Assembly (NCBI GenBank): GCA_002633005.1
Contig: NMRA01000013.1
Location: forward strand, 975,474 to 1,039,473
Direction: 5' to 3'
DNA: 64,000 bases
Origin: Phoronis australis
Taxonomy: Eukaryota; Animalia; Phoronida
In this document: positions 39,701-50,287 of the stretch, in pieces
How the letters are laid out: every line of letters starts with the position of its first letter
Position numbering within the stretch: position 1 is the stretch's first letter
Notes under the pieces: generated by a model
Database searches by the model: none
What the model was told of the DNA's origin: nothing
Seen by the model: only the letters and a program-made list of their open reading frames with translations
Program-made: the position numbers and the translations under genes

Positions 39701-41849
39701 CAGGGACTTCTCCGTCTTCAAATTCTCTCAAAGCAATCTCTTCCTCGTCATAGCGGACAGGTCAGACACGTGTGACAATTGTCCATCACAACCACTCCCA
39801 CAGGAACCGTCCATCAGTATCCTTTATTCGCGGTGACAATGGCAATGGTTGGACAATAATTAGGAGATACTGGTTTTCAAAGGCCCTTTTAAATCATGAT
39901 TAGTTTTAGAATTGCTAAATAACAATGCAGCAATTGAGCCATGGTTACAACTTTTTATGGAAAGTCATGCATTACCATGCATAGAAAACTCAGTCATGAA
40001 AAAATCATGATAAAGGCTCATGGAAAATTTGTAAGAAAATATTAATTCTCTCTGATTTTGCGAGTCCTATCTGCGAAATTCTCACGTGCAGATGTGCTCA
40101 TAAAAACCTTTAATAAAATGATAACCATTATTCCGTTGATCAGTTTTTCTAGTATTCAACAAGATATTCTTTGTCGGCCTTCTAATGTCGTGTGGCTTGA
40201 TAGATTTTGATGAAACTTGACTCAGAGGTGTATAACTAAGATGTGTTGGTGGGACATTTTGCAATGGGTCTGGTCACCATAGCGCCCTCTGTTGACCATT
40301 TTAATTGTGGATGCTGTTGTCTTTCCACTGATTATTTGATGTATTGATTAATTTCACTTGATGGATTTTTATGAAAAAACTTAAATGGATAAGATGAAAA
40401 TTAGTCATCATCAGTTGATGTCAGCACCCCCTGTTGCCTAGTTTTTAAAAAAGTTTTCGATCCTTGGATCTTTGTAAATTACGCACTATTCATATTAAAA
40501 TACTTGCTTGCAAAAATCACAAAAAATGACATTGCCGTTTGGGGTATTTTCCAGCACTTTGCGAAGTCCTTGTTCTTTTTGCGTGATTGTGTACGCCTTA
40601 ACATTTATCAGGCGAGGGACCTAACATGTGTGTGGAGCCTCACAGATACAGGCACAGGCCAGATCAATGTTTCAGTTATTCCCCTGAGGTATGTCACGCT
40701 GTGTTATATGATTTTCCACCAGAAGAACTCTCGAGTCGTGTAAATGTCACGTCAAGTAATGAAAAATGACCAGAGTTGTTACAGGACCTTTATTTTTGTG
40801 ATTGTGTGCAGTGAGCCATGAATAGACTTGTGATAAAGCTGGGGAAATTTATTTACAGCCAGTGTTGTGTTTAGAGTTGACTGTGTCTCTTTTCTGACCT
40901 GTTGTTCTGGCGCTCTTTCCTAGAAACTGAATTAAGTTCGTTTTTTACTTACGCCCAAGATTTCTTTCAACTTCCAAACTTTGAAATTTACACATCTGGT
41001 ACCTAAAGATAGTCAAAATTAAGACAAAACTTAAGTAAAAAAATTAAGGCAAATTTAAGTTTTATCTTAAAATTGTCTAAAATTTAGGATTGGTTTTAGC
41101 TAAATCAGTTTTTGTGGAACAGCCTCCTGGTCCTTATTGGGGGACCTTAAATCTCACCAATCTAAGACACAATATGACCAACAAATTAAACTTTATCGTT
41201 TCCATTTTTAATGAAAGAACAGAAGCACCAAATAAATGCTATGTCATTTTCAAAGCCATGTTTTTTATAATTTGTGGGCATTCAAATTAATATTGGAAGC
41301 TTTTCTAAAATGAAAAAGACCAATTACTTAAACCAAACTTGGTGAGATTTTATGGTATCTTGTGTTTTCATGCCTGATTTGAGCCTTGTAATTCGATTGC
41401 CTTGTAATTCGACTGCACTTAAATCCACCGTCATTCCTGTGATCTTCCTTTGAGTTGCGAGGTTCTCTGTTACCAGCATCCAAATTTCTTGATTTAGGTT
41501 TGAGGCATAGTTTGGCATTACTATACCTACCTGGGCTCACGTTCAGGGTAATTTAATTGAGAAATAGACAAAAAATCAGACTTGGTGACATGACGCAACC
41601 TTGTGTTCCAACTTTCAATGGCTTAGTCGTGGGTCGTCGTATGACATTTATAAAGTAACTCAAGACTGGCAGTTTGTATTTAGGTATAGTGTTTGTGTAG
41701 GTTGAGTTATTTAATGTACATTCCATTGTTTTATTGTGATGAAATTAACTGTTGTCTTGTAGGAGGACTACAGTGATTGCGGAAGGTCATCGAATGTGGT
41801 GCCTTCTGTTGGCCTACTGTGCACTCTCATTTTTGCGCGATTTCTCTGA
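560..41849 (+). CDS. CACNA2D: Voltage-dependent calcium channel alpha-2/delta subunit gene, 5'-partial, multi-exon (29 exons per isoform, ~936 aa in window)
   Basis: Hand-spliced GT-AG exons sum to 2811 nt in one frame (using exon 11244-11330). Family motifs in order: [106 protein letters not shown] plus hydrophobic tail. Paralogue number not assignable. Confidence 0.97.
1528..1659 (+). CDS. CACNA2D: alpha2delta exon [11 protein letters not shown]...[17 protein letters not shown]
   Basis: ttcag / gttggt; phase 1-1; LNWT and WQYFGS motifs. Confidence 0.95.
2640..2748 (+). CDS. CACNA2D: alpha2delta exon [35 protein letters not shown] (RRR ligand motif)
   Basis: ccag / gtaagg; YDVRRRPWY matches the vertebrate alpha2delta-1 motif. 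Confidence 0.97.
3504..3603 (+). CDS. CACNA2D: alpha2delta exon [13 protein letters not shown]...DYVAVAN (VWA, MIDAS DxSxS)
   Basis: ttcag / gtaagt; completes D-T-S-G-S across the junction. Confidence 0.96.
3980..4048 (+). CDS. CACNA2D: alpha2delta exon [23 protein letters not shown]
   Basis: ttttcag / gtatgt; VQAN..NK motif. Confidence 0.94.
5159..5248 (+). CDS. CACNA2D: alpha2delta exon [30 protein letters not shown]
   Basis: tttcag / gtaagt; phase 0-0; VWA helix. Confidence 0.93.
6342..6464 (+). CDS. CACNA2D: alpha2delta exon [37 protein letters not shown]
   Basis: ctccag / gtacgc; CNK.IML.TDG motif. Confidence 0.95.
6714..6792 (+). CDS. CACNA2D: alpha2delta exon [26 protein letters not shown]
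   Basis: tttcag / gtcagt; VRIFTY and AC..R.G motifs. Confidence 0.95.
7479..7528 (+). CDS. CACNA2D: alpha2delta exon [17 protein letters not shown] (end of VWA)
   Basis: ttttatag / gttggt; resembles vertebrate GYYYEIPSIGAIRINTQ; ends phase 0. Confidence 0.94.
8123..9416. repeat. Near-identical direct duplication (8123-8776 and 8778-9416) joined at an N; likely assembly/haplotype overlap
   Basis: Both copies begin caattacc and end gagcagccatt; single n at 8777; they differ by SNPs and by copy number of a 15-bp gtgt(t/a)cactcggggg repeat. Confidence 0.9.
9771..10286. mobile_element. Non-autonomous DNA transposon (hAT-like MITE)
   Basis: 13-bp TIR cagggcttggaat / attccaagccctg, subterminal ttccgc(g) repeats, flanking direct repeat ataacc. 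Confidence 0.85.
11244..11330 (+). CDS. CACNA2D: alpha2delta alternative exon A: [29 protein letters not shown]
   Basis: tttctag / gtacgg; 87 nt, phase 0-0; homologous to vertebrate EYLDVLGRPMV...QWTNVYLDAL. Confidence 0.92.
12852..12938 (+). CDS. CACNA2D: alpha2delta alternative exon B: [29 protein letters not shown]
   Basis: ttttgtag / gtaaag; exactly 87 nt, phase 0-0, open; divergent but alignable to exons A and C. Confidence 0.72.
13068..13151 (+). CDS. CACNA2D: alpha2delta alternative exon C: [28 protein letters not shown]
   Basis: tttgcag / gtaaat; 84 nt, phase 0-0; LSRP...QWS.IY.D motif. Confidence 0.92.
18807..19187. mobile_element. Element with ~95-bp imperfect inverted arms (hammerhead-like relics, Penelope-like) enclosing a tRNA-like sequence
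   Basis: 18807-18900 is an approximate reverse complement of 19084-19187. Confidence 0.65.
18973..19046 (-). pseudogene. tRNA-like (SINE head / tRNA pseudogene), anticodon GAC
   Basis: Minus strand has anticodon arm ctaga-ttgacaa-tctag, T-loop ttcaatc, degenerate A box; acceptor, D and T stems are mismatched. Confidence 0.65.
21551..22030. mobile_element. MITE with ~65-bp TIRs and 9-bp TSD (Mutator-like)
   Basis: TIR cagccttgccccaagcctcaagatgg...ttatgg mirrored at 21968-22030; flanks tgtcagctc / tgacagctc. Confidence 0.85.
23138..23282. mobile_element. Short palindromic MITE
   Basis: cagggccgagttgcataaa ... tttatgcaactgggccctg termini. Confidence 0.75.
23798..23897. repeat. 23-bp minisatellite, ~4 copies
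   Basis: ttatacagtcatgcaccatcaag at 23798, 23821, 23844, variant at 23867. Confidence 0.9.
24625..24681 (+). CDS. CACNA2D: alpha2delta exon [19 protein letters not shown]
   Basis: ttttag / gtatgt; resembles vertebrate LGLVITGTLPVFN. Confidence 0.94.
25119..25196 (+). CDS. CACNA2D: alpha2delta exon [26 protein letters not shown]
   Basis: ccacag / gtgagt; ILGVMGVDV motif. Confidence 0.96.
25708..25782 (+). CDS. CACNA2D: alpha2delta exon [25 protein letters not shown]
   Basis: ttttag / gtacag; Cache GY.FAI..NG...HPNL motif. Confidence 0.96.
26654..26725 (+). CDS. CACNA2D: alpha2delta exon [24 protein letters not shown]
   Basis: ttcgcag / gtaatt; VDL.E.E motif. Confidence 0.93.
26987..27990 (-). 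mobile_element. Decayed 3' end of an L1/Tx1-like LINE (ORF2 zinc knuckle, poly(A) end)
   Basis: Minus strand reads [27 protein letters not shown]...[13 protein letters not shown] (C-x2-C-x7-H-x4-C), with aataaa plus an A-run near 26987-27010; 5' boundary approximate. Confidence 0.75.
28460..28531 (+). CDS. CACNA2D: alpha2delta exon [24 protein letters not shown]
   Basis: ttttag / gtgagt; R..MI..E.G motif. Confidence 0.93.
28945..29006 (+). CDS. CACNA2D: alpha2delta exon [20 protein letters not shown]
   Basis: tttcag / gtaagc; RYI....TY.....GT motif. Confidence 0.93.
29909..29976 (+). CDS. CACNA2D: alpha2delta exon (S)[22 protein letters not shown]
   Basis: AAG acceptor after a pyrimidine tract, gtaaga donor; phase 2-1 fits neighbours. 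Confidence 0.88.
30985..31033 (+). CDS. CACNA2D: alpha2delta exon (G)[15 protein letters not shown](W)
   Basis: ttttag / gtaagt; phase 1-2. Confidence 0.9.
31809..31900 (+). CDS. CACNA2D: alpha2delta exon NYCRNITIG...IASGDRA(C)
   Basis: gcacag / gtaagt; AP-W-NYC across the junction. Confidence 0.9.
32599..32695 (+). CDS. CACNA2D: alpha2delta exon [31 protein letters not shown]
   Basis: ttgcag / gtgaga; C.....L..LL.DA motif. Confidence 0.92.
33270..33338 (+). CDS. CACNA2D: alpha2delta exon [22 protein letters not shown]
   Basis: tttcag / gtaagt; GG.TR.YP motif. Confidence 0.92.
33798..34012 (+). CDS. CACNA2D: alpha2delta exon ANASYGAL...YHFRAPY...VATAV...TTA
   Basis: ttacag / gtgaat; Y.F.APY motif; phase 2-1. 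Confidence 0.92.
34354..34579 (+). CDS. CACNA2D: alpha2delta exon VLVAQL...[12 protein letters not shown]...[20 protein letters not shown]
   Basis: ttcttag / gtaggt; DC.LLD.G.F and GRF.G motifs. Confidence 0.95.
34751..34996. mobile_element. Palindromic MITE rich in cttaag; related copy at ~40907-41130
   Basis: ggggcc...aaactgactta / taagtcagttt...ggcccc termini flanked by ctg. Confidence 0.7.
35449..35527 (+). CDS. CACNA2D: alpha2delta exon [26 protein letters not shown]
   Basis: ttttag / gtgagt; D.Q..C motif. Confidence 0.93.
37854..37962 (+). CDS. CACNA2D: alpha2delta exon [36 protein letters not shown] (hydrophobic end of alpha2)
   Basis: tttcag / gtgagt; WW.....W motif. Confidence 0.93.
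38860..38986 (+). CDS. CACNA2D: alpha2delta exon [24 protein letters not shown]...ISCSLDCS (start of delta)
   Basis: ttctag / gtaaga; SC..E..QY and C...CS motifs; an alternative in-frame acceptor lies 6 nt downstream. Confidence 0.92.
39201..39521. mobile_element. Tc1/mariner-type MITE (TA-flanked cagt...actg); related copy ending ~6120
   Basis: ta-cagtcatggaacccacttaatg ... cataaagagttcatcactg-ta; internal ttatgatcacc.ccaagt.g.aacctgcttaatggaa shared with 6022-6060. Confidence 0.65.
39704..39816 (+). CDS. CACNA2D: alpha2delta exon [37 protein letters not shown]
   Basis: tttcag acceptor; SNL.LV motif; U12-type donor follows. Confidence 0.93.
39817..40611 (+). other. U12-type (minor spliceosome) GT-AG intron
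   Basis: 5' site GTATCCTTT; branch site CCTTAAC at 40596-40602, 9 nt before the 3' end; no pyrimidine tract; junction preserves frame. Confidence 0.93.
40612..40688 (+). CDS. CACNA2D: alpha2delta exon (S)[25 protein letters not shown]
   Basis: Resembles vertebrate GPNPC...RYRKGPDVCF; gtatgt donor. Confidence 0.94.
41763..41849 (+). CDS. CACNA2D: alpha2delta terminal coding exon [28 protein letters not shown] (GPI-anchor-type signal)
   Basis: ttgtag acceptor; EDY.DCG motif, short hydrophobic tail, TGA at 41847-41849. Confidence 0.95.
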   Translation, partial: EDYSDCGRSSNVVPSVGLLCTLIFARFL

Positions 41850-43813
41850 TATTCATCTCATCACCTGTGCTAGATTTGGAGCCAGAGGGCAGCACTCATT
41901 GAACCGCCCACCTCCTGGTGCTAAAGTTCTGATGAACATTGTAGGAGATTACGGAGGCGTTGACCGCTTGGGTTCTTGGTTCATTTTATTCCCAGAATTC
42001 TTTGGTTACTTCCTGTCTGTATTGTATTTTCAATAGATACTAGTATCACATGAAGATATTTTTCTGCACTTTCCTCGATTATAACAATATTAGAAATAGG
42101 CAATTTTTTTAATAGTCTGCGGTTGTGTGTTGCAGTGAACTTAAACGACTGTTGTAGTCTGCTGTTCCCAAAGTTAGAATTTTCAGAAGCAGGGTTTTGT
42201 AGATTGTCAGGTAATTTTTAAGTGTGTGTAAGTTAAGTACCAGTGAATCTCAAGCACTCCTTGTTTTGAAAATTCCGTTATGAGTTTGGTTTCACAGAGC
42301 AGCTTTCTTAGGATATTTGTTCATTTCACACTTAACGATCTGAGCAGTCACCATCATGATCACATTTCATTGCATGGGCGTTACTCATCTTGTATGGTGT
42401 ATTTAAATTTTGTTATAATTTTCAGTTTTCAGCACAGCCGCTATGGGTATTGTAAAAAAACTGAGTTTCGACTCCCATAAGATTATACTTGATACAATTA
42501 ATCCTTGACTTGCTAAACTGTATGATCTTCATAAGCTTTTTTTTGCTTACTTGTTTTTAATCAATTCTGCATAGAGTTTGTTGCATTCATGGTCATATCT
42601 AAGATGTAAGCCTTAAAAATGATGTGCGAACGTGTTTTTATCGCATTCATAGTGGCTCGTGCTGCTGGTGCCTCCCTAAATGAGCCTAGCGTATTGACTT
42701 AGTGGAGAAACTGATGATCTTGTTGTTATTTACTGATCATTGTATATACGTTTATGTGTCTGTGATATGGTTGAGCATGAAAACAGCTCAAACGCATGTT
42801 AGTTGTCCTGGGTAAACAAGTCGTGTTAGATTTAGATTGTGTAGATAATCACTACATTGTGCTGTTCTCAGTGGAAATTCTTCAGTTTTGGACTAACTAT
42901 TGCGGATAAGTGGAATCTCATTTTTACCTATTGTACGTAATAAGTTTTTCAACTAAAGGAACTTTTTTCTATGATGATTTCTATTGTTCATCTGTTTAGC
43001 AAACAACATTTGGTATAATTTTGAGGATTTGCAGCAACAAGTGATAAACCTTTGTAATTAAAAATTAGCTTTATTTGTTGTCCTAAATTGAAGATATTTG
43101 CAATAACTCATTTAAACTGACAGTTCCTTCTTACTCATTTCTCAAAACGCAAAGAAGAGCAAACAATTCCATACGATGATAGAAGACTGTTGGCGTCCCC
43201 TAAAAGATCCCTCAAAGCATTGGCACAGAAAAAAGGTGCCAAAATCCTTTTGTTTTTATAGGGTTGCCAGTCCTCCCCGAAGGGGGCGCTTCACTCTTTG
43301 ATTTTCATGTTCATGGCGAGAGTTGGGAGAAAATGCTACTTTAGGTATTTTGATACTTTGTATTTTCTGTGCACATTCTTGTACATACACCATATTTGCT
43401 TTTTGGCATTAATCATGCTATTTATTTGTTTGTTTTACAATGTTTGTGTGCAGTTTAGGCCCTTATGCCAGTATTTGCGTGTTGAGCTGTACCAAAATTC
43501 AGTATGTGCACCTAATGTGAAATACTTGACAAAACTATTGAAAAAGGCATATTCAAATACTGGACTTGTGCCTGAATGTATATTTATAGGGTACAATTAT
43601 ATCTTAGTCGGGTTGATTCTTGACATGCGACAACCATTTTGCCTTTAAAAGTGGCGATTAACCTGACTTCTGTCAAAAGATAAGTTTTGATTTAACCGGT
43701 CCTTGTTACAAATTCCTTACTCACCTTAGCTTTTTAGGGTATGGGTTTGATACAGTTCGTTATTGCTTGTGACTAGACTGTGGTTTGACCTGCTGTGTCA
43801 TTTCATGTCTCCA

Positions 43814-43819
43814 AATAAA
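43814..43819 (+). terminator. Candidate poly(A) signal for the alpha2delta mRNA (another AATAAA at 44051-44056)
   Basis: AATAAA ~2 kb after the stop, in U-rich UTR-like sequence; usage not testable here. Confidence 0.4.
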
Positions 43820-46520
43820 AGCAGACTACCACTTCTTCCAAGCCCTGAAACCACTTCTTGTCTCAGTGTCTAATCCTTGTACTCGAAACTGAGCTCAAAA
43901 TTATCAATGACATTTTACGATCTACTGTAGAACTAACTGATAAGTGTCTATGTTTGTACAATTGTTTTCTTGAGTATATTATAGTTAAAGCAGAGGGGTG
44001 CCCTGTCTAGTTTTGCTCTTGATGACCTCTAGATTTGAGCTACAAACTCAAATAAAACCTTGAGATTTCGAGTTCAGGCTGGAATTTGTAGCTTTTATGC
44101 TGGGTTCATCAAGTGCAAAGTAAGGTTAGACAGTTGTCCACCTAAATCATAGTGTGCTCTATCACAGAATAATAGATCGTTATCGTGAGACTGCGCGAAA
44201 CAGTAGAGAGATAAATGTAAAAAATAATATCAAATTTGATTTTGAATTCAGCAGTTAGACCTGGAGCAGTTTAGAAACAAGATGTGTTATGTTATATGAG
44301 GGTCAGAGGTCGTAATCCAAATGTACAGTATGTCTTCTTTGGCAGATGGCAAGTTCATGACAACTTCAAATGAAAGCAGTTCCAGATTAAATTTTATCTT
44401 GGCCCCTAAGCTATAAACAGTTTGGAGTTTGGGTGCCAGATACTTCACACTGCCATTTCGCCTCTTTCTAAGTTTCATGTCGTTCTAAGCACTCCATTCG
44501 CATGTGAAAGGCTTTAGGGCATCGATCAATTTGCCTGGTACCATTTTCCTTTACAAAAAGCATGGTTTTGTTGCTTTATAGAACTTTTAAGTTACAATTT
44601 GTTTATTTATTTTTAAATGTTGACATGGGCTGGGTTTGTTTTCATAGTGTAAGAAGGAAGCTCTGCAATGGTTTTTTCTTACCTTCTGCTGTGTTTGTTC
44701 TTTAAATGATTCTGATTTGGTTTATTAGTTAGTGTGTTACATTTTGTCCCTCAGTGAGTTTTATGTGCAACCAAAGTGGGCTGCTGGATTTTAAATATAG
44801 TGTTGTTTTGGCAATGGATTGTTTACTGTTTGCACAAAATATATTGATACACTTTGTAGAACAAGCGTGGTTTTTTTATTGATGCAGAAGTGCACGTGCT
44901 GGGTGGGCCACGGCTCCAGCAATGTTGTTTATGTTCTACATATGAGGCCAGCTGGCACTGATGCTGTCTATAATTTCTTGCAGACTTAGTCATCCAATTT
45001 CAGTACTGTTAATTTATTTATTACAATTACCATTACAAGTCCACATTGCACAATTAATCATAATAGGTAATAAGTATGTCTTAAAAATTCCAACAACAGC
45101 AAAAATATCTTAAAATTTACAGAGTCGTCCAGCCCCTAACGAATACTGTACATATGAGTTGGGTGAGCGAATTAACATCACAGCATTGCCCCATTGCACT
45201 TCACCGCCTCAACACACCCAGGTTTTCTCCTGCTGTTGGTGTCACCTTGCTGCTTGAAGGTTGAGAGAAAGGGCTGAAAAACCTCTAACTCGTTTACCAC
45301 TCGAAGGGTCGTTCAGGGTTTTGGAACAATACTTCATACAGTGTAGGAAGTTTTGGTAATCGTGATTTATCAAGGAATTTTTTTATATGAATTCATACCA
45401 ACAATTTCTACGACTTCACATAAATGGTATGGTATGATATAAGTGGTTGACAAGAATTCATATTACGTGAACGATTGATATAAATTTTCGTGCAAGGTTT
45501 ATCAACCGGATACATGATTTCTTATGACTGAGCTCGGTAAGGGATCAAAAGAGGTTTTACCTGAATGGTACTCTGACTGATCATTGTCAGCCTGCTGATC
45601 ATTTGTCATTACTTGTCACTCTGATATGATTCATAACCAACAAAATAATGTTAACGACCTTATCTCGGCCTGCAAACAGCATGTTGCGAGTTGGAGGCGA
45701 CGAATATACACTGGAGCGGGATGTAAACAAAAGGAAATGCACTGATATAACAACAGTAAACGAATATTACAAAACAAAAACATAACGGACATTCAAGGCA
45801 GCCGCACAACGTTTGAAGTGTTTAGCACATTTGGGAAATTTAGAGGCGAAACTTTCTTGCATGTGTACACGGACAATTTTTTCTTCAAACTTGAGACAAA
45901 GTTCAATCATTTTTTATTTTCAAAAATGATGTCATTTTGAAAGTGCATCGATCTGGAATGCATTTTTATTAATTTGATTTCGATTTAAAGTGCCATTTCT
46001 GAATTTATAAGTAGGTAAAACAAAGTGTAAAAATATATTCACAATTTATCTTCACAGAAAAAAAAGAAATTTCGTTTTAACAATATTCTCAGATGAGATC
46101 CCTTCCTGTTTCTTTGATCAAGAGACAGGTGCACTATGGGGTTTAACGTAAGTAGAATTATAGAGTGCGTCCACTAGAACGTAAATATTTAGGCAATAAT
46201 CTTGCTTTGGTTGATATTCAAGATGTAAATAGTTACGGGCGAAGAAGTCTGTGTTATGCATATCCACCGTGTTATGAACGTGCCCCTCGCAATAGGCTTA
46301 CTCGTGGTTTTGTGAAAACAAATTCCAGACTACATAAGTTTTCAATGACAAGGTCTACCAAAATCCGTTACTATCCCGCCTTGCGCCAAACAAACTTTTG
46401 ACTTGACTTCTTATTGATATGAACTGATCTCGATTAGTTCCTTGTTCAGGCGAGAAGTGATATAAGCCGGGCTTGCGCAGAATTGACTACTCGAGTCCAC
46501 GTTAGATGTATCAAATAACC

Positions 46521-46674
46521 CAGGGGCGTATCCAAGATTTTGAGTTAGGGGGGAGGGGTAGTACAGAGCGTTAGCCAGGATTTTTCCCGTCAGACATTTG
46601 CACCCCCGAACTGCCAAATGGAATATGGGAATGGGGGGGCATGGCCTCCTTGGCCCCTCTTAAATCCGCCACTG
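46521..46674. mobile_element. Short hAT-like MITE
   Basis: caggggcgtatcc ... aaatccgccactg termini, G/C-run interior, flanking taacc; similar relic at ~30666-30885. Confidence 0.65.
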
Positions 46675-49668
46675 TAACCAGTAGGCCTAGAGCTGATAAG
46701 TGAACTGTCTGTAGCTGGTCAAAACTATAGCAAGCTACCAGTTCTTTACATGCCCAAAAACTAAAGAAGAATTCAACAAGGAGTGGTCTGAATTAAAGTC
46801 TAAAGTTATGACAACAGGGGGCGTAAAGCCGCATTTGAAGTAATGGAACAGTGGAGATGTCTCGTGTGCAAGGTAAAAAATGTGCTATACCCACGCTGTC
46901 GCTGCCCTGAATTAAAAGCACTCGGTTATCATAAGTTAAAATAAATAAAGGCTATGGTAAACACATTACCGAATATTAAAAAATAGAACCAATAAATTGT
47001 TACAGCTGCTAATAGGACAATAAATAAGCAGTGCACAAAATTTAGGGAAGTGTCACTCCCGCAGATGAAAGGCCCAACAGGGGGCCTGCTCTTATACCAC
47101 TACAGTGGGCAAATATAGTTTAAAAATGCAAATATGACCACCACCTGTCAAGCTAACTTTAAGTTTAGTTTTTAGGGTTAGACTTACAAAATATCAGGAA
47201 GCGTTACTCAAATTGGATCCTCATGATCCCTGAAAAATATCTTCAAACAACGCCTAGGGAACAGACTAACAAACACACAAACGAACACAGCCTAGTAATC
47301 ACAATCAACGCTTAATCATAATTTACAACAATATTGCACGTCATTTCGGCCTCATCAAAATTTGTCACACAATCTAAACCACAAAGTTAGAGCACACTCT
47401 TCAATTTATTACAACAAATTGCGCGCGGGTGGAATTCTAGTTTGTCAAATTTCTCAACAAAAAGTAGCAAACTTTAGAACGTTGTTAGCAAGGTGTGCAT
47501 ATCAACTGTCACCAAATAACAATTGGTGACTTTTGCAACAAGGTAATGCGCCATTTGTAAAAATAGAAAAGGGAGAAATTTAGCATTTTGTGTCCCAAAT
47601 TGAAGAATTTGTAACATATTTACACACATTTAAACCGCGAGTCTCTGAACAATCAATGCCGTTTTCAGAGATACACTTTCCTTAGATTTCGACAGTTTTG
47701 ACCATAGAGGGCGCCTCATCAATCGAAAGATGTCACTAAAACAGGAACAATATGTGAATTAGATCCCCGCATGCATTTTAAAAATCTAATCTCATAAAAA
47801 GATGTTTATTTGAAAGTGGTGGCCCACAGAAATTAAATTAAAAAATAGTTAATACATCTTATTAATAAAATAATATTATTAAAATACGAAAGAGAACCAT
47901 TTGTGGGTATTTTTTGGCCAATTAATCTGTTTGCGTTACATTTTGTTATAGGAAATTATGAACTAAACTATATCATGGAAATAATATTTTTAAAACTGGT
48001 GGCTGACTCGGTTTTGGCTCCATCAAGTTGCAAAGGTTTTCGGGAAAAACAGCACTTTAAAGTTTTGCAATTATTGGAACAAGGAGAACCAAGAGTCACC
48101 TTACACCAGACAAATCAGAATAAATCAAACGTCTGTATCGCTATTAGGTTGTTAAACATATGTCAATCTGTACACAACTTAAAAAACACCCAGTTCCGCT
48201 TCATTTTAGCTAAAAATTATAAAACGGATTTTAACGCAAGTTAGTTCAGTCGAAATTTAAGCCCAAATAATGCTCATTCAACATAACTCCATGTAGCTTC
48301 AAATTTAACAGAAGTTAACGTAAATTTTTTTGTTAAATTATTATGATTATGCATCGTCACTCAAAATGACCGCTGACCCCTACATTGTGGGTGCTCACTC
48401 TACTGTCGCCATAAATAAGGTTTCCGCGGAGACTTTGCCCACTTTAAAAAAGATAAAAAATCAATAGTAGAATGAGGCAAACTCAACCAGGCCTGAAAGT
48501 TACGTAATGCTCGTGATATCTTTCGACCGATGAAACCCATCCTGTATTATTGTTAAATCTAAACTACAGAACCTTTAACTTTGAGTAGATACACAGTGAT
48601 TTGAGCAATCAACGACTATTCACAAACGCAAAGGATCAGACTATTTTTCAACATCTTAACGCTAAGTAAGCAAATATCGGAACTGCACAAATCAAACATC
48701 CCACATCAAACGCCAGCGCATGACAATATACAAAAAGTGACAGCTGTGCAGACGCTCTGAGTGCATCCCTTATGACGATTCTTTGCATGCCTACATCACC
48801 GAATACGTCAGACGATGGAAGTAAGCGGTTTCTTCAATGTCTTAACACCTGCAATTTAACTTCGTGAACAAAATTTGGAAAGGTATGGTGCAAGGCTACT
48901 AAATCACCTATTTAGCTTACGCTGAAGGTCCTTGCAAAAGCTTGCGCGAAAAAGAATAGGTTAACAGGTAGCTATTGGCATAAGATATCGCAGTTGCCAC
49001 CTTCTCACGGTAACGCAACGTGACGATTTTTTATCAGGTTTTCATTTATCATTCCAGGAAAAACAAAATTTAAGAGAATTCACCAGTTCAAAGCCTCATG
49101 TAACCCCAACTCTGGGATACATTTTTGTGGACATGATTTAATGCGATTATTGACTACTGCTGAGTTGTTTGCTTGAGGCTTTGTCTTGGTTTATTTTTGT
49201 TTGACTTAAACAATAATTCTCACAGTATGGATATTAAGTTCCCATGCTGTTTTACGGTCAAATTTTATCGTGTTTTTGCGATCGCAACGGCTTGATCATT
49301 TACAATATCATCGTTTTAGAAGGAACGATACAGGATTCTAAAGAAACTAAAAGTACCCTTAACCACTTTTCCTAGTGGAAGTGACGTCACTTACGGATTA
49401 TTCCCGTCAAACCTCTTTCACTCATGTTCATTATTAGACAATGAATAAGAGCGTAAAAAGTATTTTTAAAAGGATTTTGTTATATTCTTAAGTTCGTTGT
49501 GTTTTGCTTTGCTCAAAGTTCTACACAGCAGTTATTCTTTCTGTGCGACAAACCCCAAACCGCATACAACAGCCCTCGACGAATGCAGCAATATCAAGAC
49601 CACTACTCCGAATCCAAATCCACGAGTCAGTTGTTGTCGTCGTCGTCGCACAGGTCACGTGACTTTCA

Positions 49669-49796
49669 TCATTCAAATAAATAACTGTGCAGCAGACTGC
49701 CACATCCGGATACAATCGCCACGACGATAGCAAGAGGAATGAGTATGGGCGAGAAAAGTGTGAAGCCCGTTCCGAGAACCAGTTTCCAACCAAGAC
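49669..49796 (-). CDS. Same gene, terminal exon (G)LGWKLVLGTGFTLFSPILIPLAIVVAIVSGCGSLLHSYLFE*
   Basis: Acceptor tttttccttag; ~25-aa hydrophobic segment; TGA at 49671-49669. Confidence 0.85.
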
Positions 49797-50165
49797 CTAA
49801 GGAAAAAGGTGAATTAACGGGTTGTCTCGAATCCAGCCTCCATTTTCAAAATATTCATTACGAAAAATGTAATTCGCAATCTAAGCTAGTGCTAGAAGGC
49901 ATTATCCTGTATCTGTGTGTAAAAAATATTACATGTATATCCTGCCTCTGTTAGCATCACAGTATAGTAAACAATACTAAAACCAGGCCATTCGGTCAAA
50001 TTTTTACCATACTATGAACGAAAATTTGCCGCCCTTTTCACATGGTTATTTTACCTCATGTCACAGCGCCACCTATACATGTATGCTCAACTTTGAAAGA
50101 GTGCAAGGATTATGTCTGCAAATATACTTCAATGTTTAGATTGATACATGGAGCATAAAAATTAC

Positions 50166-50287
50166 CCATTCGTGGTACCACTTTGTCTTTTCTCTTCTCC
50201 CACCGCCAGAAGTCGCTCTTTTCCCTTTTCTCTTCTACCGTTGTCGATTGATACACTGGAATCATTGGCTGCTCAAAGTCAGACGAT
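50166..50287 (-). CDS. Same gene, exon SSDFEQPMIPVYQSTTVEEKREKSDFWRWEKRKDKVVPRM
   Basis: tttcag / gtaatt on minus strand; phase 2-1 links both neighbours in frame. Confidence 0.85.

Noticed and set aside
40280-40440. CTCF-like motifs agcgccctctgttga and agcaccccctgttg
   Set aside because: Embedded in repeat-like sequence (gatagattttgatgaaactt type), so more likely transposon-derived
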